Source: Tolypothrix carrinoi HA7290-LM1
GTDB lineage: Bacteria; Cyanobacteriota; Cyanobacteriia; Cyanobacteriales; Nostocaceae
Direction: 5' to 3'
Assembly (NCBI GenBank): GCA_019358935.1
Contig: JAHHIK010000022.1
Location: 20,082-84,081 of the forward strand
Length of the DNA: 64,000 bases
Part shown: one piece after another, positions 35,364 through 46,500 of the stretch
Layout: every line of letters begins with the position of its first letter
How positions within the stretch are numbered: position 1 is the stretch's first letter
Notes under the pieces: generated by a model
Seen by the model: the letters and a program-made list of their open reading frames with translations, nothing else
Databases searched by the model: none
What the model was told of the DNA's origin: nothing
Translations under genes and position numbers: made by a program

Positions 35364-35585
35364 ATGAATAAAAACTTACCCTATATTCTTCGCATTCCTC
35401 AACCGGAAATTGAGGAAACCTTTGCCGCTCACCAAACTACTCATCAGTTTTATCACGAAGTTCGGGCGCGGTCAGAGTTTAAGCGTCATTGTGAATGGTA
35501 TTATATCACAGCAGAACGCAACCGTCAAGACTTAGAAAAAATGCGCGGCGAATTAAATATTTTCCGTTTGTTTCGCCGCCGATAA
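35364..35585 (+). CDS. Small hypothetical protein
   Basis: 73-aa ORF with natural composition; partly duplicated upstream. Confidence 0.7.
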   Translation: MNKNLPYILRIPQPEIEETFAAHQTTHQFYHEVRARSEFKRHCEWYYITAERNRQDLEKMRGELNIFRLFRRR

Positions 35586-35595
35586 GAAATTTAGA

Positions 35596-35817
35596 TTATA
35601 TTATTTCTAACTCATTATCGCGTAAGTGAGCCTTAAATTTTTTACTAAACTGTACTACGAACGGCAGGTTAGCGCTAATCGGTTTACCTTTCCATTGGGT
35701 TGCAATTTGCACTACTTCGCCTTCTGAGCCTTTGATGTCAAAACCCTGACCGCGATGTTCAGGATGATGATAAACTATTACGGATTCTTTAACGCGGACG
35801 CGATCGCCAATTTTCAT
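35596..35817 (-). CDS. ftrV: Ferredoxin-thioredoxin reductase variable chain
   Basis: MKIGDRVRVKESVIVYHHP...WKGKPISANLP...FKAHL. Confidence 0.93.
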   Translation of the reverse strand: MKIGDRVRVKESVIVYHHPEHRGQGFDIKGSEGEVVQIATQWKGKPISANLPFVVQFSKKFKAHLRDNELEII

Positions 35818-36369
35818 ATTAACATTTACACCTAGTTGCTTTTCTACAAGTATTTCCACAGCCATTCCTCATTTGACTTGCTTTTTTAAAAAATAGACTG
35901 CTTGCTTTAGTGGTTGTTTAATGCCTAAGTAGCTGCAATAAAAACAAAGCCCCGAAATTCTGAATTGCCGGCGGCGCGATCGCCTATCATTAAAAGCCCG
36001 TGCAGGCTTTAATAGTAATTAGACGGCAACATCAGAGTCGTCAGGTACTTTAGCAAGAAGTCTCATTTTTTATCTTCGATTTCAAGAGCGTTAAATAAAG
36101 CGAGAACTCCAACAGACGCGATCGCGCTAGAGACGTTGCCCTATACCCTCACTCCTGATGGGTAGGCTTACAAGCAAGGAACAACTCGATGACGCTTTTT
36201 AAGTGCGCCTTAACGCCAAGATTAATTTTACAACAAATGGGTAATGGGGATTTTAAAGAGGGGGAAAGGGGAAAGGGAAAAGGGTAAGAAAGAAGAAATA
36301 TTTCTCCCCCTTGTCCCCCTTGTCCTCCTTGTCCTCCTTGTCCCCCACTCGGACACTCCCCCACTCCCC

Positions 36370-38286
36370 CTACTTCCCAGGTGGACATAGTTGCTGCACT
36401 TTTTGAGGAAGTTGACGGCACGTTTGCTGGAATCCTTGAGGATTAAGTTGCGACCAAGCAAACAATCCCATCGTACTTCCTACCAGCAGCGCTAACATTC
36501 CGGACAGTAGCACCCAAACCTTACCGCGACGTGGTTTTTTAACTTCAGTTGGAGTTGCAGAAACGGCAGGTGCTTCGGCTGATGGAATGTCTAAATCTAG
36601 TAGCGCTTGCGAACTATCTGTCAACTCTGGTTGTGCTGATGATGATTTTTCTTCTATCACGTCCGCTGGTGGTAGCGAGGGAGTCACAGCCACCAAGTAT
36701 TCTGGAGATACACGGCAATGGGTAAGCACAACCGAAATATTATCATGACCATTTTTCTGATTTGCCAAATTAATCCAGTTGTAAGCCGCATCTTCTGGGG
36801 AAATTTCACCTTTTAACACTGGTACTGCATATTCCTGCCAGTGATTTTCCACCAAGTTGTTATCACTCAGTCCATCGGAACACAGCAGTAATATGCCATC
36901 TTCTTCTAAGATGAATCGCTGAATCACAAAACGCAGAAATTCGCCATCTTTTGTCCCCAAAGCTTGGGTAAGGGAATAAGCATCTGGACGTTGTAGTGCT
37001 TTACGATACAGACTGCGGGCATAGCGTACTTCCCGCGATGCTACATCATCATCTACTGTCAGTAACTGGCAGTAGTTGGGTGTAATCCAGTATGCGCGGC
37101 TATCACCGACACTTGCCAAGTAAAGTTCGTGGGTATTCTGTGAGTCGCATCCAGGGGTTATCTCGACTTGTTGCGGCACTTGTACAGCCATAACGACGGT
37201 TGTTGCCATGCGTTCTCTACCTTGGCGTTTTTGGTCGTCGTTGCAAGCGCAAATTACGTTATTTACAACCCGCAAACTTGCTTCTAGTTGCTGCTGTAAC
37301 AATTCTGGCGATACTAGTTCAGTTTGTTGTGCTACTTCTGCTAGTAAGGCGCGAATTTGCAACTTCAGAGATTGTACTGCTAATTGGCTGGCAACTTCAC
37401 CGCCTTCGTGTCCGCCGATACCATCGCACACAATCGATAAGCGCGGTAGTAAGGGATCGTCTGAGTCACCAAAGGCTATGGGATAGCAAGTGTCTTCATT
37501 TTGCTTGAGTTGGGAACCGCTATCTGTTGCTCCTGCGACTTTTAGATTTAATGGCAATTGCGCGGCTGATGATAATAATAACTGATTGAGTTGAGTTGCG
37601 ATCGCTTTTAACTCAATTTCTCCGTCTTCGCACATTGAATCGACTATTTTCTGCAAAGTTGGTGCTACTTCTGGTTTAGCTACAGCTACAATCGGCTTCC
37701 AGCACTCACCCAACTGTTGAAGACTCGGCTGTTCTGACTCATAAAGTTCCAAGAGTCGCACACACCAACCTTGTACTCGCAGGTTGTCGGGAAACAGTAA
37801 ACTCAGGGCAACTTTGAATTCTGATAGAGGTTGCCAAAGTTGAATAATTTGCCACAGCAAGTTTACTTGTCGAACTGGAGTTGCTTGTTCCCATGCGTCG
37901 GCGATCGCTGGATATAAATTTCCAGTTTCATCTATGGGCACATTTTCCAGTAAAAGTATATCATCCGCAAATCCATAAACTTGAGGCAGATGAGAGCGAT
38001 CGCTCGACAAGCGTAAGTAAGGAATAATTGCTTTTGGTAATTCTTCGGGTATATCTGGCAGCTGTCCTGGTTGAATATCCAGCCAAATTTGCGATGTAAT
38101 TACCTCATATCTATCTTTTATTAGTTCTCCCGGTCGAATAACTTGATGTTCACCAGTTGCCCAAATATAACGATGAATTAAAGGAGTTTGACAACTTGCA
38201 CACAATTTGCTATTTCCCACAGAATTGATGGGATTAGTACAGCCAGGATTCGTGCAATAAATTATCCGCTCTTGTGATGAAATCAT
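36370..38286 (-). CDS. PP2C-family Ser/Thr phosphatase with N-terminal Cys zinc ribbon, degenerate kinase-like region and C-terminal TM segment
   Basis: CTNPGC..CASC, NED, VCDGIGGHEGGEVAS, VGDSRAY, LTQALG, LLCSDGL, HDNISVV. Confidence 0.9.
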   Translation of the reverse strand: MISSQERIIYCTNPGCTNPINSVGNSKLCASCQTPLIHRYIWATGEHQVIRPGELIKDRYEVITSQIWLDIQPGQLPDIPEELPKAIIPYLRLSSDRSHLPQVYGFADDILLLENVPIDETGNLYPAIADAWEQATPVRQVNLLWQIIQLWQPLSEFKVALSLLFPDNLRVQGWCVRLLELYESEQPSLQQLGECWKPIVAVAKPEVAPTLQKIVDSMCEDGEIELKAIATQLNQLLLSSAAQLPLNLKVAGATDSGSQLKQNEDTCYPIAFGDSDDPLLPRLSIVCDGIGGHEGGEVASQLAVQSLKLQIRALLAEVAQQTELVSPELLQQQLEASLRVVNNVICACNDDQKRQGRERMATTVVMAVQVPQQVEITPGCDSQNTHELYLASVGDSRAYWITPNYCQLLTVDDDVASREVRYARSLYRKALQRPDAYSLTQALGTKDGEFLRFVIQRFILEEDGILLLCSDGLSDNNLVENHWQEYAVPVLKGEISPEDAAYNWINLANQKNGHDNISVVLTHCRVSPEYLVAVTPSLPPADVIEEKSSSAQPELTDSSQALLDLDIPSAEAPAVSATPTEVKKPRRGKVWVLLSGMLALLVGSTMGLFAWSQLNPQGFQQTCRQLPQKVQQLCPPGK

Positions 38287-38544
38287 GCAGCTATAAGTTA
38301 AAGGTTTAAATCAACCGCAGTTTTTTCGATTACATCTGGCTGTCACATGATTGTTGTTTGGTGCTGTTTTGAGTAAGTTATGGTTGCAATTTTTGGTATA
38401 AATTGTCTAGGCAACGCTAAGAACGTTTAGTTATTTACACTTACTTAATTATGCTTTCATATCTGTTTGTGCGATCGCCACAATGTAGTCGAAAATTCAG
38501 TCCTGCAATTCTAGCCGAAAGATTAACATAAATTTCATCATTTG

Positions 38545-38720
38545 GGATGAGGGGGGATGGGGGGAGTGGGGGAGTGGGGGAGGGGGGGATGGGGAAGACA
38601 AGGAAGAGGGGGAAGACAAGGAGGAGGAATTTCCCCCTTGTCCCCCTTGTCTCCCTTGTCCCCCTTGTCCCCCTTGTCTCCCTTGTCCCCCTTGTCCCCC
38701 TGCCCCCTCTCCCCCCCCTC
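38545..38720. repeat. G/C-rich 8-9-mer tandem repeats (CCCCTTGTC etc.)
   Basis: Same family at ~36260-36370, ~56120-56260 and ~62630-62780. Confidence 0.85.
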
Positions 38721-38721
38721 C

Positions 38722-39117
38722 TCACTCCGCAGCTTGTGCCATTTGACATTGACTGCACAAACCAAAAAACTCTAAAGTGTGGTAAAAAATCTTAAACTTA
38801 TGAGTGCCTTGTAATTGTTCTTCTAGGTCATGGACTGGGCATTGATTTATCGGAATTGAGATACCGCATTGCAAGCAAGTCATGTGATGCTTGTCTTGCT
38901 GCGCTAGGCTATAAAGGGCTTCACCGTTAGCCAATGTCCGCACTTGTACCAAGCCTTCCATTTTTAAAGCTTCCAAAGAGCGGTAAACTGTTGCTAAACC
39001 CATGCTTTGGTTGCGGTTACGCAGTTCTACGTAAATATCCTGCGCGGAAATGCCTTGCTTGATGGTTTTCAGAAGGCTCAAGATACGATCTTGACTGCGG
39101 GTGCGTATGGCTCTCAT
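38722..39117 (-). CDS. zur: Fur-family regulator, Zur/FurB type
   Basis: GLATVYRSL, DKHHMTCLQCG, HTLEFFGLCSQC; divergent from purS. Confidence 0.85.
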   Translation of the reverse strand: MRAIRTRSQDRILSLLKTIKQGISAQDIYVELRNRNQSMGLATVYRSLEALKMEGLVQVRTLANGEALYSLAQQDKHHMTCLQCGISIPINQCPVHDLEEQLQGTHKFKIFYHTLEFFGLCSQCQMAQAAE

Positions 39118-39262
39118 AGACTATTGTTTAAATTTGCCACTGTGGTTGAAGCTGTAAACTTGCTAATTAGATAAATCAACAAGTTAGCGCTTCTTCATCT
39201 TATTTTCACTCACTTGGAACAGAAAGTTATAGTATAGCGATCGCAGCATTCAGCAAAAGCCT

Positions 39263-39541
39263 GTGCAAAGGAAATATCTAGCCAAAATTTTTGTGACGCT
39301 TCGTCCCTCAGTCTTAGACCCTGCTGGTGTGGCTGTACAATCTAGCCTAAAGCAGTTGGGATACGATAACGTTGACTCTGTGCGGATTGGTAAGTACATC
39401 GAAGTAATCATCACCGAACCTGATGAACGTAAAGCACGTCAAAATTTGGATCGCATCTGTGACCAAATGTTAGCAAATCCCGTGATTGAAAATTATCGCT
39501 TTGATTTGATTGAGGTCGAATCACAGACGGGAGTATTTTGA
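39263..39541 (+). CDS. purS: FGAM synthase subunit PurS
   Basis: LRPSVLDPAG, VRIGKYIE, LANPVIENY. Confidence 0.96.
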   Translation: MQRKYLAKIFVTLRPSVLDPAGVAVQSSLKQLGYDNVDSVRIGKYIEVIITEPDERKARQNLDRICDQMLANPVIENYRFDLIEVESQTGVF

Positions 39542-39549
39542 GAGGGGGG

Positions 39550-39698
39550 GATGGGTAATGGGTAATGGGTAATGGGTAATGGAGAATGGGTAATGGGTAA
39601 TGGGTAATGGAGAATGGGTAATGGAGAATGGGTAATGTACTCTTCTCATTCTTACGTTCCCAATTCCCAATTCCCAATTCCCAATTCCCAATTCCCCA
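39550..39698. repeat. STRR arrays (GGGTAAT / CCCAATT) between purS and purQ
   Basis: Tandem heptamers. Confidence 0.9.
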
Positions 39699-39705
39699 AT
39701 AAAAA

Positions 39706-40383
39706 ATGACTAAATTCGGTGTTTTGGTTTTTCCGGGTTCTAATTGCGATCGCGATGTTGCTTATGTCACGCGAGACATTCTCAAGCAACCTACTCGCAT
39801 GGTTTGGCATCAAGATACGGATATTTCTGATTTGGATGCGATAATTATCCCTGGTGGTTTTAGTTACGGGGATTATCTGCGCTGTGGAGCGATCGCTCGT
39901 TTTTCACCTGTGATGCAACAAGTTGTCGAACACGCACAAAAGGGTAAGTTTGTCATTGGTATTTGTAATGGATTTCAGGTATTAACTGAAGCCGGACTTT
40001 TGCCTGGAGCGTTGGTGAGAAATCAAGATTTGCATTTTGTGTGCGATCGCTCTCCCCTAAAAGTCGAGCGTACCGATTTACCTTGGACGCAAGCTTATAC
40101 AAAAGGTGAAATTATCACTTTGCCAATTGCCCACGGTGAAGGAAGATATCATGCAGATGATGTCACTTTGGCAGAAATTGAAGATAACAATCAAGTTGTC
40201 TTTCGTTACGCAGGTGAGAATCCTAACGGTTCGTTAAATAATATTGCGGGTATTTGCAATTCAACAGGAAATGTGCTAGGCATGATGCCGCATCCAGAGA
40301 GAGCGTCTGACGCAATGTTGGGTGGTAGCGATGGGTTAAAGTTGTTTTCTGGATTGTTAGAGCAAGTAGCAGCTTTAGTTTAG
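39706..40383 (+). CDS. purQ: FGAM synthase glutaminase subunit PurQ
   Basis: [40 protein letters not shown]. Confidence 0.98.
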   Translation: MTKFGVLVFPGSNCDRDVAYVTRDILKQPTRMVWHQDTDISDLDAIIIPGGFSYGDYLRCGAIARFSPVMQQVVEHAQKGKFVIGICNGFQVLTEAGLLPGALVRNQDLHFVCDRSPLKVERTDLPWTQAYTKGEIITLPIAHGEGRYHADDVTLAEIEDNNQVVFRYAGENPNGSLNNIAGICNSTGNVLGMMPHPERASDAMLGGSDGLKLFSGLLEQVAALV

Positions 40384-40464
40384 CTCCTACGTTTAATTTC
40401 GGTAGCGTTATGGTGACTATTAAGACTAATACTGAATAGTCACCAAAAGCTAGGAGTTAACAGG

Positions 40465-43400
40465 GTGAATAGTATCCAACCAGGAAGCGATGATTTAATT
40501 TACGTAGATTATACGGATTTATTATCAAAAATTTTACATTGCTTGCGTGGTCAGAAAGTCTTTAAAATCTCTGATGATAGCGATCGTTTACGCATCGATA
40601 TTGATAGCATAGCTGCTCAAGTTGCTACTTCTTTGCAGGTAGAAAATCCTTTAGGTGTTTCTGCTAACAGCGCCAAAGCTGCTACAGTTAATTTTAGTCC
40701 GGGTTTTAAAGAAAACTTTCCCAGTCAAATTCAACAAATAAGAGATTGTCTTAAGCAGATATTAGAATCTGCACTAGGAAATAGTACCTCAATTGAGCAG
40801 TTTGTAGGCAACTTAGTTACAGATTTGCAGAATTTTAAAGGTGATAAGGCTGATTTAGACTTTACTTATCCCTTTCTACCGCATCAAGGGTTACAAAAAC
40901 AGCGCTTAAGTTTCAATAGCGAAAATGCTGCAAATAAAGAACTTTTGAAAGTTCACAAACTGACTATCACTGTGCAGAATACCCGTAATTTTAACAAACA
41001 GTTGCAGCAAGGTTTAGCACATTATATTAACGAGCAATTTAGTAGTGCAAGTGCCGGGGAAAAAGAAGATATTGAATACATTCTTGAAGATTTGGAGAAA
41101 GAGAGTAACTCTGATTTTTACCGCTTGCGGGATATTGTCAATCAGGAAACTCTGGGAAAACTCAAAAAACAAGCACAGATAAATTATTTAGAGTTTCTCC
41201 ACGAGAATATTAATATTAGTGCTAGCGCTGCTTACGCTGAAGGTGCTATATATCTCCAAGACCTGATTAGACGACTAAAGCTGATAGAAGAATATATTAA
41301 CGATACCACCAAAGCTGATGGTGATTACTTAGTTAACTATGCAGGTACTTCAGTTAATTATAGAGATTTATTTTCTCGTGGTGAAGCTTTTGAAATATTG
41401 CCAATTATCCCCAAGATAGAAGGTTACTTAGGAGAAACTAAAGATGAAAACCGAGGAGAAATTCAATTTATCTTTGGTCTGAAGCTGAAATTTGATGGTA
41501 AAGTGCAAGCGTATGGTGGCAAAAATGTCTTTGAATATCATCTGAATCTGTTTAACCCAGAGAGTAAGGAACATCAAGTGGGAATCGCAGATGCTAAGAA
41601 GGAAACATTTGCGAGAAAAGTTTTAAAAATAGCGTTTTTATACTATTTTTTGTTTGCAAGTCGCAATAACCCAGAAAAAGATGATTACAACCCAAATGCT
41701 GAATTAGAATACGATCCTATTGCTGGATTTGAGAAAAATGTAATCCAGATTCTTAAGGGTTCTGACGAAGCTGCAAAACAACAGCTTTTTCAGAATATTT
41801 ACAAATATTTTCAGAAATTTAAAGTTCAAAGAAAAATCAATCTCCTCAAAGGGTTGCTGCGAAATCTCATCAAGCGAAAGACTAGCTTTCCGATGCGAGA
41901 GTATCCTTTGCATATTTCTGTGAAAAAAAGCATCCTTGAGGACAATAAAAGCAATATCTTTAATAACAATACATTCTTCAAACCTGTCTTGAGAGGAAAC
42001 CCGAAAGAAGTTTTGAAGTATATATCTATTGGGGAAGCGAAAGCACAGACAAACTCGCTTTGTACTCTTCCAGCGAAAATTACAATCAGTGATATTCATT
42101 TTTTTGCTACCGATGACCGAGAAACCTTTGGTATGGAGTACGATTTAACAAGTATCCGTGCTTTACCTATACTTTTTGCTCCTCTAAAAGATAAAAAATG
42201 CCAAGAGATTTACAATCAACATTTCATCCAGCGTAAACTGATATTATTTCCCTACAGTTTAGAAAGTAATAAACTAGAATCTCACCAAGCTTTTGTTTAT
42301 CGCTTTACCTTTTGCTTACTTGCTTATATCAGTTTGCGGGTATTGTTAGAAAAGCAGAAGATGTTATTTATCCCGATTTTTCGGTTGCATTTAAATAACA
42401 AGCAAGACGATGCACCTATAGAGAAATTTATCGTGTCTTTGTCTTGTGTATTATCTCATTTATTAAACGAGAAACATCGGTCTAATGCACAAGGAATTGA
42501 CATTAGAGACTTGCAAAAGTTAGGTAAATTTAAAGTTCCGAATGTTCTGAGTTCGTTATATTCTGTCTTGCCGAAAAAATTTACCTTTGTCAATGCGTCA
42601 GACTCTCCGCAACTGGATAAATTAGCGATTGTGATAGTATCTAGTCGAGAAAGCGATCGCAAATGGGTTAGTTCTCAAAAAATCTCCAATTTGATGGGAG
42701 AAATTATGGGAGTTAGACGTCAAGATAATGCTGTCAGAGTGCAGTTACTCAAAACTTTCTCAGACAACTACGATAACCAACAAATGTTTACATATCCCAG
42801 CGTTGTCATTGAAGAAGTAGCGAAACTTTACAAAATGGGATTCAAGCACTTTCTCTATATTGCCAAAGCACCTTATTCGAGTACATTGCACATGACACAG
42901 ACTGAGGATGATGACGGATTATTCTTCATGTCAAGAGATGTGATTAAGGCTTTAAAAGCAGAACACAAAGACATCAAGATATATCCGATGTTTTTTGATA
43001 AGTACTATGCGGTTAAGCTTCCAGAGAAACTCAAGTCAAGTTCATTATATATTCAAGATACGATAGAACTGACAAATTTAGTCAATGACCCTAGCAAGCA
43101 ATCTGTCGTGTTTTTTAACTTGTTTAATGGAATTGAGGTTCCGGGTGAGGAAAAAAACTACAATGGTGTTATTTCCTATGCAACGTTATTAAATATTTAC
43201 AAAGGCATTCTGGATGATGAAGACATTAGGAAAGGTTTGATTTTCAATGGGTCATTAAAAAACGACATCTTGCAATATTTAACTTTATTCCACTTTTTCC
43301 GATACCAAAAAGCTTCTAAAGACATTCATCTCAAGCTTGACCCTTACGAAAATCTCATCGGAGAAGAATCTGTGGGTAAACTCTCTCTGTTTAATCATAT

Positions 43401-43482
43401 GAGAGGAAAAAGCGAGTTTAACTCATTAGCGTTTTTAACTTATGTGAATAAAGTATTAAACGCAGAGTCACGCAAAGGTTAA
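40465..43482 (+). CDS. 1005-aa protein with a putative divergent, catalytically inactive Argonaute-like MID-PIWI C-terminal half
   Basis: The ORF is solid (AGGAG SD, GTG start). The domain call is by-eye motif order only: SNAQGIDI..KVPNVLSSLYSVLP, LAIVIVSS, KHFLYIAKAP, IKIYPMFFDKY, FFNLFNG..GVISYATL, ILQYLTLFHF..LKLDPY. Confidence 0.6.
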   Translation: MNSIQPGSDDLIYVDYTDLLSKILHCLRGQKVFKISDDSDRLRIDIDSIAAQVATSLQVENPLGVSANSAKAATVNFSPGFKENFPSQIQQIRDCLKQILESALGNSTSIEQFVGNLVTDLQNFKGDKADLDFTYPFLPHQGLQKQRLSFNSENAANKELLKVHKLTITVQNTRNFNKQLQQGLAHYINEQFSSASAGEKEDIEYILEDLEKESNSDFYRLRDIVNQETLGKLKKQAQINYLEFLHENINISASAAYAEGAIYLQDLIRRLKLIEEYINDTTKADGDYLVNYAGTSVNYRDLFSRGEAFEILPIIPKIEGYLGETKDENRGEIQFIFGLKLKFDGKVQAYGGKNVFEYHLNLFNPESKEHQVGIADAKKETFARKVLKIAFLYYFLFASRNNPEKDDYNPNAELEYDPIAGFEKNVIQILKGSDEAAKQQLFQNIYKYFQKFKVQRKINLLKGLLRNLIKRKTSFPMREYPLHISVKKSILEDNKSNIFNNNTFFKPVLRGNPKEVLKYISIGEAKAQTNSLCTLPAKITISDIHFFATDDRETFGMEYDLTSIRALPILFAPLKDKKCQEIYNQHFIQRKLILFPYSLESNKLESHQAFVYRFTFCLLAYISLRVLLEKQKMLFIPIFRLHLNNKQDDAPIEKFIVSLSCVLSHLLNEKHRSNAQGIDIRDLQKLGKFKVPNVLSSLYSVLPKKFTFVNASDSPQLDKLAIVIVSSRESDRKWVSSQKISNLMGEIMGVRRQDNAVRVQLLKTFSDNYDNQQMFTYPSVVIEEVAKLYKMGFKHFLYIAKAPYSSTLHMTQTEDDDGLFFMSRDVIKALKAEHKDIKIYPMFFDKYYAVKLPEKLKSSSLYIQDTIELTNLVNDPSKQSVVFFNLFNGIEVPGEEKNYNGVISYATLLNIYKGILDDEDIRKGLIFNGSLKNDILQYLTLFHFFRYQKASKDIHLKLDPYENLIGEESVGKLSLFNHMRGKSEFNSLAFLTYVNKVLNAESRKG

Positions 43483-43553
43483 CGCAAAGGTTCGCAGAGT
43501 TCTCTTGTCTTTCTCTGCGTTACTCTGCGCTTCCCTCTGCGTTACTTTGCGTT
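43459..43553. repeat. Palindromic ACGCAGAG/CTCTGCGT dispersed repeat spanning the junction of the two large genes
   Basis: AACGCAGAGTCACGCAAAGG... / ...CTCTGCGTTACTTTGCGTTT; related half-copies at ~5260-5290 and ~7757-7784. Confidence 0.8.
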
Positions 43554-43570
43554 TAGAAAAGGAGATTATA

Positions 43571-46500
43571 ATGAAATCAAAAATAGCAGAAGATTTAGGA
43601 CGTTTGTTTGAAGTAGGATTCAATATTGGAATTCTTGCCTATATTGAACAAAACAAAATTAAGCACAAATTTGCAAACTTATATCGTCAGGAATTGCAAC
43701 AGCTAAAGTTTCCCAAAATGCGGTTGCGAGTTGTAGATAAAGTTATCAGCACTGTAGAAAGAGAAATGGCTGAAACTTGGAGTACATTCTTTTTACAAAA
43801 AGGCTTTTTGAGTGGCTTTAATTTTTTTCATGAATACTTGAAATCTACAAATTGGCTTGAACCTCACAGACTAAGAAATTTAGAAATATTATATTATCAA
43901 TGTAGGTTTAGCGGTGATAACAGCATCGGAACCTACGATATTAAGGATGATAGTCAGTGGTTTACAGAAGTATTATCTCAGTTTGAAAATTTAGATAATA
44001 TCTCTGAGTATATTAAAGGTTATAAACAAAAAGGTGAGTTTCTGAATGCAGACACTTTAATACTGCTGCGACATCGGAGACAATATCGGGTTATCTGTGT
44101 TGATTTATCGGTGTTTTCTATTAATTCCAATGACGATGTGAAAAACCTGGATTATATAGAAATTATCCGACGTTTATTGATGAGGGATATTAGTTATTTA
44201 CGCTCCAAAAGTGTTTTTTCTAATCTTCGCATCGATACTGAATCTTTAGGGTTAGATTTCTCGGAAGATTTAAAGAGTTATTTTACTGCTTTTAAATATA
44301 AAGATAAAGAAAGTGCGAAATTAATTCAAGCTGCTGGTTATGCTCATAGCTTTCATGAATTTATGCAGTCAACTGGGATTTTACCTGATGCAGCATCGGT
44401 GGTATTCAACTCTCTAGGATATAGCGATCGCGGAATAAGTGCCATGTCCATAAACCGCGAAAATTTAGATGTCTTGAAAACCTGTTATCAGATTTACAAA
44501 CATGACTCAAGTCCGAAAGAAATTCCCGAAGCACGCAAGCAAGTTTTAAATCGCATTAAACGCAGCGCTTATAATAGTTTTGAACGTGGTAAACAGTTTG
44601 TTGATGCTCTTTTAGAAGTTCCTCCTGACGAGATTACTTTTTTACCTCCTCATCAAGAGAGAATTACTGGGTTTTTCAACTCTGTTGCTATCGTTCCCCC
44701 AAAGTTAATGTCTCAGTTAAGTTTAACAGGAGTTATGAACTTGCGAGAAGCGCACGCAGAACTGATTAAACAAGCTTTGGTTTCTCAAGATACTTATATA
44801 TTTTTAACTGGAAATCCTGGTATTGGTAAAACTACAGCGATCGTCGATTTTCTCAAAAATCATATAGATGAAGGTTTTCTCTTCTTTTATGTCAGTCCGA
44901 GAAAACAAGTTAACTTGGATATTATCGATAAGTTTAAAAATAAAGAAACGGGAAAATTATGCGATGATAGGTTATTTGCTATCAACACGCATAGCAATAT
45001 CATTACAGATAATTTTGGACGCTACACTGTTGAATATACCTGGAATCAGCGTCAGGGTAAGTTTGTGCAACAATCCGTAGACTTTATTGATAGTAGCGAG
45101 ATTGAGCAAATCGGACGACGTTCAGATAGGTTAAAGAAAACGACGGATGATGTTATTCAAGATATTGGGAAAAAAAGTAAAGGTGTTTTAAATAGCATTT
45201 GTGAGGCGATATCTACGATTGTAGAAGGTGAAGTTTCAAATAATATTATCGCTACCGCTTCTATCCAAGCTTTAAAGATAACACAAGCTGGCGACACTTT
45301 GAAGCATTTTGAGAAAATCTTTAGAAATGCTTACAACGAAAGAGAAAATATAGTCTTTCCTGAGAGGATGCAAGATATTTCTGGGAGAATCAAACATCTA
45401 TTCATCATGATAGATGAAATAACAGGGGATGATGGGGGAGTTCAGTTTTTAGATGGAATTCATAAAATTATATCTAGGTATAAGTTAAATGATAGCAAAC
45501 ACGGTTTTAATACAAAGGTAATTGTTGCCGATGCTTCTATCGTTGAGAAAAATGTTATAATTCAACATCTTTCTGACACATCACCCGAACCAGACAAAAT
45601 CTATTTTCGTCGTGCTACAGAAACTGCTCAACCTCTTTCAATTGAACCATTAGTATTTAAAGATGTCGCAGCAACTGTTATTAATGCTAACTCCTACCCG
45701 GCAAAAAGTTTATCTATCACCTATAAAGTATTGATCGAGTCTTGCAAGTTTAGTGAAGAAGCGCGTTTCAAACTAAAATATAACTTAGAAGCAAGTTTGC
45801 AAAACGAGATTTTAAAAGATATCGAAGCTTTTTTAAATCAGTCGGATGTTGACCAGATAATAGTTTACATCCAAAATCAGCGCAGATTAGCAGAACTGAT
45901 TGAAAGAATTAAGGAACATCGGGGACAATTTGATAAGTTCACCGATTATCTGGAAATACACGCAAATATATCTGAAGAGGAAAAGAAAGAAATACAAAAG
46001 TTTCAAGAAATCGTAAAAGTAGTTTTTATGACTGCTTCCGGAAGTCGGGGTTTATCCTTCCCCAAAGCTAAACACATTTTGGTAGAAATTCCCAAATTTG
46101 AGATTGAGAAAAATCTCATGGAAGTAATTCAGGTAATTTACAGAGGTCGTGGCGATGATAAGATAGATAATCAAGATAAAGAGCTAGTTTTCTACTTAGC
46201 TGAACGTTCAGTTTCTTATCAGGATGACCAGCAATTCTCTTTACAAGAAAGTGTGCTGAGTCTGTTAAATATCTTATTAATTTTGAAAGCTTCTATAATG
46301 ACCAGAATTTTTGGCTCTGGTTGCATAGGACGCGATAATTTTATCATTATACCCATAGGTGGTAAGTCTATTTTAGCTGCTGGGGAAACATTTTCTGCTC
46401 AAATGGTAAATCTGATCAACCAATTGAAGAAAGAACACCATAGAAACAGAAGTGATGTTTTAGCAGAAAAGGTTTATACAAGTTTAGAACAGCTATTAGG

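Noticed and set aside
35870..36230. Structured ncRNA upstream of ftrV
   Set aside because: A hairpin is present (ATTAAAAGCCCGTGCAGGCTTTAAT), but I cannot match it to any RNA family by eye.
43505..43570. N-terminal extension of the helicase ORF (MSFSALLCASLCVTLRL)
   Set aside because: It is encoded by a palindromic repeat; the SD-preceded ATG is at 43571.
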